Source of the DNA: an uncultured bacterium
Lineage (GTDB): Bacteria > Chloroflexota > UBA5177 > JANWHV01
Assembly (NCBI GenBank): GCA_963729625.1
Contig: CAVSOU010000009.1
Location: 32,001 to 96,000 of the forward strand
Length of the DNA stretch: 64,000 bases
Direction: 5' to 3'
The notes beneath the pieces are model-generated. The model made no database searches and was not told the origin of the DNA. It saw only the letters and a list, made by a program, of their open reading frames with translations. This document shows positions 9,576-20,308 of the stretch, piece after piece. Position 1 is the stretch's first letter. Every line of letters starts with the position of its first letter. The translations under genes and the position numbers were made by a program.

Positions 9576-10767
9576 CTAACGATCAAGACGCAGGCCCACG
9601 AGGCTGCCAAGATCGCGGAGCACCGACGGCGCCGACACGTGCCCGAGACCCGTCAGATCCAGAAGACACTGCGCGGCCAGAGGCGTGTTCAGGTCGTCTG
9701 CCAGGGCAGCCACAAACCGATTTCGCACCTCCTCCACCGGCCCGGGCAGGTTGCCCTGATCGGCGGTAGCGGCAGCAGGATCCCCACCGCGCCGCACGGC
9801 GGCTTGCAGCGCCTCTGCGTCACGAGCCGCGACCTCCATCTCCTCGACGCGATACTCAAACGGCCTGCGGTAGTGGTGTCGCAGCAGGCAAAGGCGGATG
9901 GCATCCGGTGAATAGTGGGCTAGCAGCTCGCGCACCAGGACCAGGTTGCCGAGGGACTTACTCATCTTCACGCCGTCACAGAGCAGCGCGGCATTGTGCA
10001 TCCAGATCTTGGCGAATGGGACGATGCCAGTCGCACTCTCGCTTTGCGCAATCTCGCAGCTGTGATGGGGGAACACGAGAATCGTCGCCGCCTCCATGGA
10101 TGTCAAGGCGAGAACCCAGGTACCGTGTGGCCATGGCTGAGCATTCGATGTGCCAGCCTGGACGGCCCGCACCCCAAGGACTCGGCCAGCTCGGCTCGTC
10201 CGCGGCCGAGCCCTTCCAGAGCACAAAATCGAGCCTGCTACGCTTGTCCGGGTTATCGGGGTCGTCACCGGTCTCGGCGAATCGCGCCTCCATCTGCGCA
10301 TGTGACAGTCCGGCGAGGCGCCCGAAATCCGGTGCTGACGTGCTGTCAAAGAACACCTGGCCGCCGGATCGATAGGCGTTGCCCTTCTCGAGCAGCGCGC
10401 CGATCATATCGATCATCGCGGGAATCTCCGCGGTAGCGCGCGGGTAGTGGGTTGGCGGAAGTATATTAAGGTCCTCCATGTCGCGCTGATACTGCGCAGT
10501 CTGCTCTCGGCCGAGCACGTCCCAGGGCACGCCGATCTCGCGCGCCTTGCGCAGGATATCATCGTCGATGTCCGTGACGTTCTGGGTATAGCGAACCTCG
10601 TGCCCGAAGAACCGGAGGGTGCGGATCAAGACGTCAAACGCGGCGTAGCTAAACGCGTGTCCGAGATGCGTGGTATCGTATGGTGTTACGCCACAGACGT
10701 ATATGCGTACGATTGGTCCGGGCGCGAAGTCCTCCGGGGTTCTTGACATCGTGTTGAATATCCGCAC
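9576..10767 (-). pseudogene. MshC-like / truncated cysteine-tRNA ligase family protein, split by a +1 frameshift (probable sequencing error)
   Basis: YVCGVTPY..THLGH, QNVTDIDD, GRPGWHIEC, HGGGD|LVFPHH and KMSKS motifs fall in two frames; extra base at 10080-10081; about 396 aa with no anticodon-binding domain. Confidence 0.85.
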
Positions 10768-11098
10768 GAGCAGCTCCGTTCATTTCACAAAGGCGATCAT
10801 CAAGGATCGTCACGCGTAGATTCTATGGTACTCCAGCCGCCGTGGCCGGACGCAGTTCCGAGAAGGTGGTAAGAGTTCAGAGTTGAGGCAAAGCAGTCCG
10901 CAGCGCCTCGACGCACGAAGAAGGTGGCTAGCTCCGAGGGAAGCAAAGGTGTACGCTGGAAAGCGGTGGTAAGCATCTCGACAACACGGTGGCGGTCGCG
11001 GCTGCAAGGAAAGGACAGGTCAGCCGGGGACAGGGTAGCGTCGGGTTGCCGGCCACGTGCGGGAAGCGTGAAGCAGTGTAGCTTCGAGGGGAACAAAT

Positions 11099-11272
11099 AT
11101 GGCCGCCTACGAGTTCGAGTGTCAAGCCTGTGGCGAGCGATTTCAGGTGACGTTGCCAATGCGTGATTACAAGCAGCTCAAAGAGCAGGCGCCGGCATGC
11201 CCCAAGTGTGGTGAACGCAAGACGCGCCAGCTCGTCTCAGCATTTGGCTGCAAGACTCCCAGCGCATACTGA
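11099..11272 (+). CDS. FmdB family zinc-ribbon protein (57 aa)
   Basis: Manual translation MAAYEFECQACGERFQV...CPKCGERKTRQLVSAF; YEFxCxxCG and CPxCG motifs; RBS GAGGGG; below the ORF-track cutoff. Confidence 0.9.
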   Translation: MAAYEFECQACGERFQVTLPMRDYKQLKEQAPACPKCGERKTRQLVSAFGCKTPSAY

Positions 11273-11331
11273 TCCGCCCCGGTCGCCGTAGGCGCCAAGC
11301 GCGATCGTGATGCTCCGGGGCGAGAACGAAA

Positions 11332-11359
11332 GGGGAGGGAGGCTTTCGCGTCCCTCCCC
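11332..11359. terminator. GC-rich hairpin, probable terminator
   Basis: GGGGAGGGA / TCCCTCCCC stem downstream of the FmdB gene; followed by TTTC on the minus strand. Confidence 0.5.
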
Positions 11360-11778
11360 CTCTGGCCGACCATACGACCGGTGTCTGTTCCCACAGGCTT
11401 TGCGCCACACACCAAGCGTCTAGCTGTGCTATTCCGCCGCATTCGTTCCTCGAAAGGTAGGAAGCTCGAAGACTCGTGCACTGCGCATGTGTACACTCAA
11501 CAGTCTGGCGTGAGCGCGGCCTACTCCACTACAGCCCAGCAATCCTACGGACACTGACGTCGCGTAGCCTACAGGATCGCCAAGCCAATGTCAGTCGATC
11601 TGGAACACTCCAAAGACCAGGTGTGGCTTCCTGCGTGAATACATCGGAAGTCTCCAGTCCAGGCGCTGGTTGGGAAGCTGTCGGCCTCCAGGTACCCACG
11701 CTATGCAGATCGTCCTACGCGGTGCAGAGACATGAGTCAACAAGCTTTCACTGGTAAACAGTTTGAGGAGGATTTGGA

Positions 11779-13377
11779 ATGGATGACGAAGTCTTGAGCC
11801 TGTTCGGCGCATACCGCGAAGGAAGGCTCTCGCGTCGAAGTTTCGTGCAACAGGGTGTGGCACTGGGTATGACGGTGTCGTCGCTTGGCATGCTGATGCA
11901 CGGCGCCGGACGTGCGCGCGCCGCATCTGAGATGGCGGTGGCCACGGTTAAGAGGGGCGGCACACTGCGCGTGGCGGTGGTCCCTCCAACGACCCCTCTC
12001 GATCCGGCACTCATCGGCGACGTCGCCACCATCCTTATCGGCGACGATGTCTATAGCTTTCTGGTTCGCCTCGACCACAACCTCGTTCCATACCCGGACC
12101 TGGCAGTCAAATGGACTGTCTCGACCGATGGGCTGACCTGGACCTTCCCGCTTCACAGGAATGTGAAGTTTCACAGCGGCAAGGCGTTCACCGCCGACGA
12201 CGTGTTGTACACGGTGCAACGGACACTGAACCCAAAGACGGGGTCGCCGGTGGCAAACCTGTTCCAGGGGATCGCCAAGATGGTGAAGCTGGACGAATAC
12301 ACCGTGCAGTTCACGCTCAAGGCGCCAGATCCGGACTTCCCGGTAAACTTCGCCGACTATCACATGTGCATACTCGAGAACAACTACTCCGGCAGCTTCA
12401 CGAAGAGCCCGTCCGGTACGGGCCCCTTCATGTTGAAGGAGTATGTGCCTGCCGACCATGCTACGCTGGTGCGCAACCCAAACTATTTCGAACCCGGTTT
12501 TCCCTACCTTGACAGCATCAAGCTCGTATTCCTTCCCGATGTGTCGACGCAAGTCGCCGCCCTGAAGTCGGGCACAATCGACGCCATGACCCATATCACC
12601 CCCACGCAGGCCGAGGGTGTAATGGGGGTGTCGGGGATCCACGCCCCTGCCATCGGCGGCACCGGCTTCAACAACTTGCGTATGCGCTCGGACATGAAGC
12701 CTTACAGTGATCCTCGCGTAAGGATGGCGTTCAAGCTGGTGACCGACCGGCAAGCGATCAATGCAGCGGTCCTGCGGGGCGTCGGTACGATTGGTGACGA
12801 CCACCCGATCGCGCCTGCGTACGGCGAGTGGTACACGAACATCGGCACCCGCCCGCGCGACGTCGCGAAGGCCAAGGCTCTGCTTGCCGAGGCCGGCTAT
12901 CCAAAGGGCCTCACCGTCACACTGACCACACAGGCGGCGTACGGCGGCTCGGACTTCGCGGTTGCGTACCAGCAGCTTGCCGCCGATGCCAACATCACGA
13001 TCAACATCGTTCTGGACGGCGGAGGACAGTATTTCGGCACCGACTGGACGACAGTTCCGCTTGGCATAACGTCCTGGGGGGCGCGTCCAGTGGTTAGCCA
13101 GATACTGCAGCAACTCTATGTTACCGGCCAGCCGTACAATGAGGCTCACTACAGCAACAAGACGCTGGATGCGCTCATCGCTGCGTCAGCGTCCGAGTTG
13201 AACATAGGCAAACGCAAGGCATTGTACAGGCGGATAGAGCAGCTAATCAGCGATGACGGGCCTTCGATCATCCCGATCTTCACCACGTTTGTGTTCCCGT
13301 ATAGCGACAAGGTCCAGGGTTACCAGCCGATGCCAAACACGTTCCAGTACTACAAGAGTGTGTGGCTGTCGTCATAG
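11779..13377 (+). CDS. Peptide/nickel ABC transporter substrate-binding protein (family 5), Tat signal
   Basis: SRRSFV Tat motif; GGTLRVA, PDLA..W..S.DG, GTGPF, RNPNYF motifs. Confidence 0.95.
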   Translation: MDDEVLSLFGAYREGRLSRRSFVQQGVALGMTVSSLGMLMHGAGRARAASEMAVATVKRGGTLRVAVVPPTTPLDPALIGDVATILIGDDVYSFLVRLDHNLVPYPDLAVKWTVSTDGLTWTFPLHRNVKFHSGKAFTADDVLYTVQRTLNPKTGSPVANLFQGIAKMVKLDEYTVQFTLKAPDPDFPVNFADYHMCILENNYSGSFTKSPSGTGPFMLKEYVPADHATLVRNPNYFEPGFPYLDSIKLVFLPDVSTQVAALKSGTIDAMTHITPTQAEGVMGVSGIHAPAIGGTGFNNLRMRSDMKPYSDPRVRMAFKLVTDRQAINAAVLRGVGTIGDDHPIAPAYGEWYTNIGTRPRDVAKAKALLAEAGYPKGLTVTLTTQAAYGGSDFAVAYQQLAADANITINIVLDGGGQYFGTDWTTVPLGITSWGARPVVSQILQQLYVTGQPYNEAHYSNKTLDALIAASASELNIGKRKALYRRIEQLISDDGPSIIPIFTTFVFPYSDKVQGYQPMPNTFQYYKSVWLSS

Positions 13378-13461
13378 CGACGTCAGCCGGCGGAGGGGGC
13401 CAGCGCTTGTTGCCGGCCCCGGCCGTCATACGGCGCGATACCCCAGCCTTGGAATGAGTGG

Positions 13462-14406
13462 ATGAGACGATTTATAGTTCGACGCTGTCTGCTGATCGTT
13501 CTCGTTCTGTTCCTGGTCTCTCTCATAGTGTTTCTCGTCACCAGCATCCTTCCAGTAGATACTGCTCAGGCAATTCTCGGCCAGTCAGCAACGCCCGAGG
13601 CGCTCAGAGCCTTACGCCACACCCTTGGGCTCGATCAACCGCCAATCGTTCGTTACTTCACCTGGCTTGGCAACCTGCTGCACGGTGACCTCGGCGACTC
13701 GCTGACTTACCAGGTGCCAATTGCTCCCCTGTTGCTCGACAAACTCGGCAACTCGGCGATCCTGGCGGGCGCTGCATTCCTCTTCACGGTGCCGGTCTCG
13801 CTGCTGCTTGGCGTCGTTGCGGGGCTTAACAAGAACCGCTGGCCTGACGCCGTCATTTCGCTGGTCTCTCTGTTGGCGGTCGCGCAGCCGGAGTTCGTGA
13901 GCGGTACGTTCTTGATTGCGATATTCGCCTCATGGCTGCACTGGCTGCCGGCCACCAACACCTTTGATTCAAGCACTGGACTCTGGCCGCTCGTCCAGTC
14001 GTTCATCATGCCGGTGCTCACGCTTTCGCTTGTGCTGCTAGCATATATCGCCCGTATGACGCGCACCAACGTGATCGACGTCATGGAAACGGAGTACATA
14101 CGCACGGCGACGCTGAAAGGCATGCCCTACCGGACGGTAGTGGCGCGACATGCCTTACGCAATGCGCTTTTGCCGTCCATCACGATTATTGCCTCGAATG
14201 TCGGCTGGCTTCTGGGAGGGATCGTGGTAACGGAAAGCCTGTATGGTTATCCCGGTCTTGGCCGACTGCTTCTTCAGGCCGTTCAGGGACGCGACGTACC
14301 GCTGCTGCAGGACATCACCCTGCTGATTGCACTGGTGTTCTCCCTGTCGAATCTCGTAGCGGATGTCCTCTACGTGCTGCTCAATCCTCGCGTTCGGCTG
14401 GCCTAG
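13462..14406 (+). CDS. Peptide/nickel ABC permease (DppB-like)
   Basis: LGLDQP..VRY, GDLG.S, EYIRTA.LKG, RHALRNA motifs. Confidence 0.95.
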   Translation: MRRFIVRRCLLIVLVLFLVSLIVFLVTSILPVDTAQAILGQSATPEALRALRHTLGLDQPPIVRYFTWLGNLLHGDLGDSLTYQVPIAPLLLDKLGNSAILAGAAFLFTVPVSLLLGVVAGLNKNRWPDAVISLVSLLAVAQPEFVSGTFLIAIFASWLHWLPATNTFDSSTGLWPLVQSFIMPVLTLSLVLLAYIARMTRTNVIDVMETEYIRTATLKGMPYRTVVARHALRNALLPSITIIASNVGWLLGGIVVTESLYGYPGLGRLLLQAVQGRDVPLLQDITLLIALVFSLSNLVADVLYVLLNPRVRLA

Positions 14407-14408
14407 TC

Positions 14409-15338
14409 GTGGCTGATTCGGCGGACCTCCTGGAAGACGCACCGCGCACTCATGGCGCTCGGCGACTAGCGCGCCGCCGCCTCGCGTGGTGGGTGGCTCA
14501 GGCACGCGAGCAACCGCTCGCGGCTCTCGGCGCCGTCTTGGTGCTGGCGTGGATCGTGACCGCGGTATTCGCCCCGCTCATCGCGCCATACGACGCGATA
14601 AGGGGCAGCTTTAGACTTCAGGACCTGCAGGCAGCTCCCAGCGCGAGCCATCTCTTTGGCACCGACGATCATGGCCGCGACATCCTGAGTCGTGTCATCT
14701 TCGGCAGTCGTTCCGTGTTGCTGCTGAGCGGCATATCGACCCTGGCGTCGCTTATTTGCGGAACGAGCATCGCGCTTGTAGCGGGATATTATGGCAGCAT
14801 TGTGGACGAAATCCTGATGCGCATTGCGGACGCTGCCATGGCCATGCCTGCGGTGCTACTTGCGCTTCTTATCGTGGCAATGGCCGGGCCGGGCAATGTC
14901 GGCCTGTTCGTGGCCACGGTACTGGTCTTTTCGCCTCTGGTGGCGCGGGTAGTTCGGAGCGCGGTGCTGCCACTCGTGGATCGCGAATTTGTCGCGGCTG
15001 CGCGGCTTCGAGGCGAGCGTGGGCCATCGATAATGTGGCGCGAGCTGTTACCGAACCTTCTCGGCGTGCTCGCAGTCGAAGGCTCGATCCGGCTTGGCTA
15101 CGCGATCTTCATGATTGCATCACTCGGCTTTCTCGGCGTCGGCGTTCAGCCACCAACCCCCGACTGGGGAGTGATGGTCAGCGAGGCGCAGCAATATGCG
15201 TCTGTTTCGCCATGGATGGTGATATTCCCCGCCCTGGCCATCTCCAGCCTGGTGGTCGGGGTGAATCTGGTCTCGGACGGCGTCAAACAGCTCGTCACCG
15301 CTCTCGATCAGCGCAGCGCGGAGGATGAGGGAGAGTGA
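14409..15338 (+). CDS. Peptide/nickel ABC permease (DppC-like)
   Basis: HLFGTD..GRDILSR, EFVAAARLRG, PPTPDWG motifs. Confidence 0.95.
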   Translation: MADSADLLEDAPRTHGARRLARRRLAWWVAQAREQPLAALGAVLVLAWIVTAVFAPLIAPYDAIRGSFRLQDLQAAPSASHLFGTDDHGRDILSRVIFGSRSVLLLSGISTLASLICGTSIALVAGYYGSIVDEILMRIADAAMAMPAVLLALLIVAMAGPGNVGLFVATVLVFSPLVARVVRSAVLPLVDREFVAAARLRGERGPSIMWRELLPNLLGVLAVEGSIRLGYAIFMIASLGFLGVGVQPPTPDWGVMVSEAQQYASVSPWMVIFPALAISSLVVGVNLVSDGVKQLVTALDQRSAEDEGE

Positions 15339-17428
15339 TATCCACGCCGCTTTTGGAAGTGCGAAACATGAGCGTCTCCTACCGGCACGGCCGGGTTTCG
15401 ATTCCGGCGCTGAGAAACGTATCCCTGACCTTGAGCCGCGGCGAGGCATACGGCATCATCGGTGAGAGTGGCTCGGGCAAATCCACCCTGGCCTTTGCAA
15501 TCATGCAGTACCTCGGCAGTGGGGGCTTCATCGACTCAGGCGCAGTCCTCTTCGAAGGCAATGACCTCACACGCATCAGCGATAGTCACATGCGCGCGCT
15601 TCGCGGAAATCGCATCGCCATGGTGTATCAGCAACCGCAGGCAGCTCTGAATCCATCCATTCAGCTTGGCGCCCAGGTCGCCGAAGTGTATCGCATTCAC
15701 GGTGACGCCTCGAAAGAAGAGGCGCGGGTGCGGGCCCTGGAGATGCTGGAGCAAGTTCGCATCAACGATCCCGAGGCCGTGTCTCGCCTCTACCCGCATC
15801 AGGCCAGCGGAGGCATGCAACAGCGCGTGGTCATCGCCATGGCGCTTGCGCTTCGGCCAGACTTGCTTCTGCTAGACGAGCCAACGACTGCACTCGACGT
15901 TACCACTCAGGCAGCTGTTCTTGAGTTGCTTGAAGAACTGCGGCTCCAGTTCGGGACGGCGCTCATATTCATCGCGCATGATCTCGCGATGATCGCGCGC
16001 ATATGCGATCGAATCGCGGTCTTGTACGCCGGCGAGATAGTGGAAGAGGCGAGTCTCCGCGATCTGTTTCGATCACCGCATCATCCGTACACTGCCGGCC
16101 TGATGGAGTGCCTCCCGGCACGTGGGACCGCGCTGATACGCCAGCCGCTGTCGCCTATCCCGGGGCGCCTGCCGAGTCTGGCGCGTCTACCTTCCGGCTG
16201 CGTGTTCGAACCGCGATGCCGGTATGCACGGCACGATTGCAGGCAGTCGCGGCCCGAACTCGCGGAAACATATCGGAACCGCCGGGCACGTTGTTTCTAC
16301 TGGAAGGAGGTGCACATCAGGACGCCGGGCGCCGATTCCCCGGCGAGCGTCGCAGCGACCCCGTTGGCGAACGCAGCCGGGCTCGAACCGGATTCGCGCT
16401 TGATGAGTCTCGAGCGCATCGAAAAGTCCTTTGGTCCGCGCCTGGCGGCGGCACATGTTTTGCGCGGCGCACGCCGGAACGCGCAGGTACTGGACTCCGT
16501 GAGTTTCGAGGTGGACAAGGGCCAGACCGTGGGCCTGGTGGGCGAGAGCGGCAGCGGCAAGACAACGCTCGCGCGCTGCATTCTTGGGCTGAATGCGTCC
16601 GACAGCGGTCGCATAATCTTCGGGGCTCGCGATCTCCCTTTGCGTATCGAGCGCCGCAGCGCCTCGATGCTGAGAGAGCTGCAGATGGTGTTCCAGAATC
16701 CGGATATGTCGCTCAATCCGCGGCACACGATACGCGCGATTCTTGTGCGGCCGCTCAGACTGCTCGGCCGTCTTGGGCGGAGAGAGGCGGAGGCAGCAGC
16801 CCGCGATCTGCTGCGTTCGGTGAACCTCGACGAGCGCTTTCTCGATCGGTATCCGTCGCAGCTCAGCGGTGGTGAGAAGCAGCGCGTGGCGATCGCGCGA
16901 GCCTTTGCAGCCCGTACCAAGCTAGTGATCTGCGATGAGCCGGTGTCCGGGCTGGACGTGTCCGTGCAAGCCACGGTTCTCAACCTTCTGCAGGAATTGC
17001 AGCGACGCTGGGGCACGGCGTACCTGTTCATTTCGCATGATCTGCAGGTGGTGCAATACCTGGCCGATCGCGTGGTCGTCCTGTATCGGGGTCACATCGT
17101 GGAGACCGGCACGACGTTCCAGGTATTCAGCGGTCCAAACCACCCGTACACGGAGCTGTTGCTGACCGCAATTCCCAGGCCTGACCCCGACGCGCCGCGC
17201 AATCGCCTTGCCTTGGAAAGCGAGACGAAGTCGGAGTCGAATGATCCCGGCGGCTGTCCGTTCAAGGGGCGCTGCCACCGAAGAATCGGTCCCATATGTG
17301 ATGAGGAGCGTCCGCCTCTTCGCGCGATTGGCGCCGGCCACCTGGCGCTATGCCATCTTCCCGTAGACCAACTACCCTCGGTCTCTCCAGTGGGCGTCAG
17401 TCCCGGCTTCGATAGGGCGGGAGCATGA
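15335..17428 (+). CDS. Fused DppD/DppF ABC ATP-binding protein
   Basis: Two GESGSGK Walker A motifs, two HPYT motifs and two GCxFxxRC C-terminal domains. Confidence 0.95.
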   Translation: MISTPLLEVRNMSVSYRHGRVSIPALRNVSLTLSRGEAYGIIGESGSGKSTLAFAIMQYLGSGGFIDSGAVLFEGNDLTRISDSHMRALRGNRIAMVYQQPQAALNPSIQLGAQVAEVYRIHGDASKEEARVRALEMLEQVRINDPEAVSRLYPHQASGGMQQRVVIAMALALRPDLLLLDEPTTALDVTTQAAVLELLEELRLQFGTALIFIAHDLAMIARICDRIAVLYAGEIVEEASLRDLFRSPHHPYTAGLMECLPARGTALIRQPLSPIPGRLPSLARLPSGCVFEPRCRYARHDCRQSRPELAETYRNRRARCFYWKEVHIRTPGADSPASVAATPLANAAGLEPDSRLMSLERIEKSFGPRLAAAHVLRGARRNAQVLDSVSFEVDKGQTVGLVGESGSGKTTLARCILGLNASDSGRIIFGARDLPLRIERRSASMLRELQMVFQNPDMSLNPRHTIRAILVRPLRLLGRLGRREAEAAARDLLRSVNLDERFLDRYPSQLSGGEKQRVAIARAFAARTKLVICDEPVSGLDVSVQATVLNLLQELQRRWGTAYLFISHDLQVVQYLADRVVVLYRGHIVETGTTFQVFSGPNHPYTELLLTAIPRPDPDAPRNRLALESETKSESNDPGGCPFKGRCHRRIGPICDEERPPLRAIGAGHLALCHLPVDQLPSVSPVGVSPGFDRAGA

Positions 17429-17525
17429 ACGTTTGGCGACGGTATTGACCAGCGGATGCGCGATGTGATGTCATATTATTGACGATCCGCCCTCGAAGGC
17501 AGTCGTTTCGTAGAGGAGGGGCAAC

Positions 17526-18986
17526 TTGGGAATCGACGAATCGGGACTCGTTGCGGGGGTGCCTTGCCGACTCCTCGTCGACGGGACCTGGACAGAAGCT
17601 CGCAGCGGCGCACAGTTCGACGTCGAGGATCCCGCCACCGGTGCGTGCTTGACAAAGGTGGCGGACGCCGGACCTGAGGATGCGCTCGACGCCCTCGATG
17701 CGGCGGTACGCGCACAGGCGGCGTGGGCGAAACACCCGCCGCGCGAACGAGGGGAGATCCTTCGTCGCGCGTTCGAGAGAATGACGGCCCAACAGGAAGA
17801 GCTCGCCTACCTTATCACGCTTGAGATGGGCAAGCCGCTTGCCGAGGCGCGTGGCGAGGTTGCGTACGCGGCGGAGTTCTTCCGCTGGTTCTCCGAAGAA
17901 GCGGTGCGCATCGACGGTCGCTACACGGTTGCGCCGAACGGTCAGGGCCGGCTCATGGTGATGCGCCAGCCAGTTGGCCCATGCGTGTTGATCACTCCCT
18001 GGAACTTTCCGCTTGCCATGGGAACGCGAAAGATAGGGCCGGCGGTGGCTGCCGGTTGCACGATGATTGTCAAGCCCGCTCATCAGACACCGCTTTCGAT
18101 GCTCATGCTGGCGCGGATCATGGAGGAGTGCGGTCTTCCGCCCGGCGTGCTCAATGTGGTGACGACGTCGCGCTCCTCGCAGACCATCGCTCCGCTGCTA
18201 CGTGACCGGCGCGTGCGGAAGCTGTCATTCACCGGCTCCACCGAGATCGGTCGAACGCTTCTGGCCCAGGCCGCCGATGGCGTGCTGCGCGCGTCAATGG
18301 AGCTGGGAGGAAACGCTCCATTTCTGGTATTTGAGGACGCGGATGTCCAGGCCGCGGTCAAGGGAGCAATGATCGCGAAAATGCGGAACGGCGGCGAGGC
18401 ATGTACCGCTGCCAACCGCTTCTACGTCTCTGCCAAGGTTGCCGAGCAGTTCGCCGAGCTGCTGCGCGATCGAATCGCGAGTCTGCGCGTTGGCCGCGGC
18501 ACGGAACCCGGAGTGGATATCGGGCCCCTGATCGATAGTCCAACACAAATGAAGGTGCACGATCTCGTGCAGGACGCGGTCGCTCGCGGAGCGCGAGTGG
18601 TGGTGGGCGGCGCGACCGTCAACCGAGCGGGACACTTCTACCATCCGACCTTACTCGATCGCGTGCCGCGCGATGCTCGACTCCTGCGCGAAGAAATATT
18701 CGGGCCTGTGGCGCCGCTGGTCACGTTCGAGGATGAGGATGAGGCGATTCGATTGGCCAACGACACCGACTTCGGACTCGTCGCCTACGCCTACACGAAC
18801 GACCTGCAAAGAGCGATTCGCGTCGTCGAGGCCCTGGAAGTGGGCATGGTCGGCTTGAACCAGGGTCTGGTCTCCAATCCGGCGGCGCCGTTTGGCGGCG
18901 TCAAGCAATCAGGGATCGGCCGCGAGGGCGGTTCCGAGGGCATCCACGAGTATCTCCAGACCAAATACGTGGCGCTCGCGTTATGA
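17526..18986 (+). CDS. gabD: NAD(P)-dependent succinate-semialdehyde dehydrogenase
   Basis: ITPWNFP, FTGST, MELGGNAP, RNGGEAC, EEIFGP, PFGGVKQSG motifs. Confidence 0.9.
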   Translation: MGIDESGLVAGVPCRLLVDGTWTEARSGAQFDVEDPATGACLTKVADAGPEDALDALDAAVRAQAAWAKHPPRERGEILRRAFERMTAQQEELAYLITLEMGKPLAEARGEVAYAAEFFRWFSEEAVRIDGRYTVAPNGQGRLMVMRQPVGPCVLITPWNFPLAMGTRKIGPAVAAGCTMIVKPAHQTPLSMLMLARIMEECGLPPGVLNVVTTSRSSQTIAPLLRDRRVRKLSFTGSTEIGRTLLAQAADGVLRASMELGGNAPFLVFEDADVQAAVKGAMIAKMRNGGEACTAANRFYVSAKVAEQFAELLRDRIASLRVGRGTEPGVDIGPLIDSPTQMKVHDLVQDAVARGARVVVGGATVNRAGHFYHPTLLDRVPRDARLLREEIFGPVAPLVTFEDEDEAIRLANDTDFGLVAYAYTNDLQRAIRVVEALEVGMVGLNQGLVSNPAAPFGGVKQSGIGREGGSEGIHEYLQTKYVALAL

Positions 18987-19036
18987 AAGGACGGCGGCAC
19001 GACGCATGCCGAACGGCACGTTCATGCCGGCGTGTG

Positions 19037-19930
19037 CTACAGCGTGTACACCGGCAGGAGACGCCGTTCGGTCTCGCCTTCGATGCTGGCGCGAACTTCG
19101 ATGTACTGCGCGATGCCGGACGTAGCGATTTTCGGCTTGAGCAGCTCGTCGAGCTGGAAGATACCGGCTGAGTTGTTCATGGCGATGCTAATGCCGATGG
19201 GCCGGTTCTCACCACGCTGGATGGTGACGGTATCGATTGCGGCAGCCGAAAGCGAGTGCACGTCGATTCTTCCGGCCTGAAAGCCCATTCTTGAACGTCC
19301 TTCGGCCATGTCCAGAGCATCGGCAACCTTCACGCAGCCAGCCTCCGCCGTGAGACCGCGCATATCGGACCGGTGGCTGATGATAGCGTTGAGTGTCTCG
19401 CTGGTCATGATCGTGCGCTCGGGCTCGTCATAAATCCCAACGAGCAGGCGGCGGATAATCGGCGCCGCAAGCATGAGACTGTACTGCTCGTGGTTGGCGC
19501 GGTGTATGCTCATGCCAACATCGTGCATCGAGGCCGCGAGCACCACCACCACTTCCGCATCGTCGACCTGCATGGCGTAGTCCTTCACAATGCCGAATTC
19601 GACGTCAGCCTCAGCCAACAGGCGCATCAGTCGCAGGGCAATGTTGGCCACGATGCGAACGTGAACCGGCCCGTGGTCGGTCATCTTGAGACGTTCGACT
19701 GCCGTCACGTTCGCGCACTTCCAGAGTTGCTGCAGCTCGATGTCTTCATTGATGTGGTCGACGGCCTGGCTCAGCCTTGCGTTATGCCGTGACGGAATCC
19801 GCATGCGCCGAGCGGTTGGCGCGCGCGGCGTTGCTTCCTCGCCTACTTCAGGTGCGGGCCGCATCGAGGCGCTGCTGAGAGCGCCGTCCCGCGAGTCATC
19901 GCCGATTATGCTTGTCTGCTTCGTATTCAT
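19037..19930 (-). CDS. HD-superfamily metal-dependent phosphohydrolase
   Basis: DHGPVH, HDVGMSIHR..HE, H, ADALD motifs. Confidence 0.85.
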   Translation of the reverse strand: MNTKQTSIIGDDSRDGALSSASMRPAPEVGEEATPRAPTARRMRIPSRHNARLSQAVDHINEDIELQQLWKCANVTAVERLKMTDHGPVHVRIVANIALRLMRLLAEADVEFGIVKDYAMQVDDAEVVVVLAASMHDVGMSIHRANHEQYSLMLAAPIIRRLLVGIYDEPERTIMTSETLNAIISHRSDMRGLTAEAGCVKVADALDMAEGRSRMGFQAGRIDVHSLSAAAIDTVTIQRGENRPIGISIAMNNSAGIFQLDELLKPKIATSGIAQYIEVRASIEGETERRLLPVYTL

Positions 19931-20308
19931 TCAATCCTCATTGACTACACTTCACTCTACTCCTTCCGATCCGTCACACGAGTTTCGGCTGTTCACTTGA
20001 CGGGACGACAATCATGGAGCATTGTGTTATGGCAAGCCCTACATTGCATAACACTGAATTGCCTTAGCCACAATCCTTGCCGGCAAGCGGTAGAGTGCGT
20101 TTTGCAATTCCTGTGAGTGCCAGGACGGCGACCTGGCCAATTAGCGATGCTTGCGGGAAGCAAAGCTTGCTGAGACAGTGTCGAATGGACGTCGACGCCG
20201 CTCAGCTCAGTTCCACCTCTGTTTCGGTCGCGCGTGGATGGCCCACCAAGGTAGCGAGTCCCGGGTCAGGCGCGGGGCCGGGACGACCACTCGATTCCAC
20301 CGGGTTGG

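Noticed and set aside
10860-11000. Recurring GGTGG(TAAG) words
   Set aside because: Irregular spacing and short length; not distinguishable from background.
11365-11420. c-di-GMP-I riboswitch (GGCGCAAAGCC on minus strand) and a 10-bp match CACCAAGCGT to the putative IS end at 38444-38453
   Set aside because: The upstream GGCAAA/GNRA stem is missing; a single 10-bp match in 64 kb can arise by chance.
11737-13149. Long antisense ORFs (also 31965-33233, 41673-42782, 28311-29336, 4050-5126)
   Set aside because: Shadow ORFs opposite well-supported genes, as expected from high-GC codon usage.
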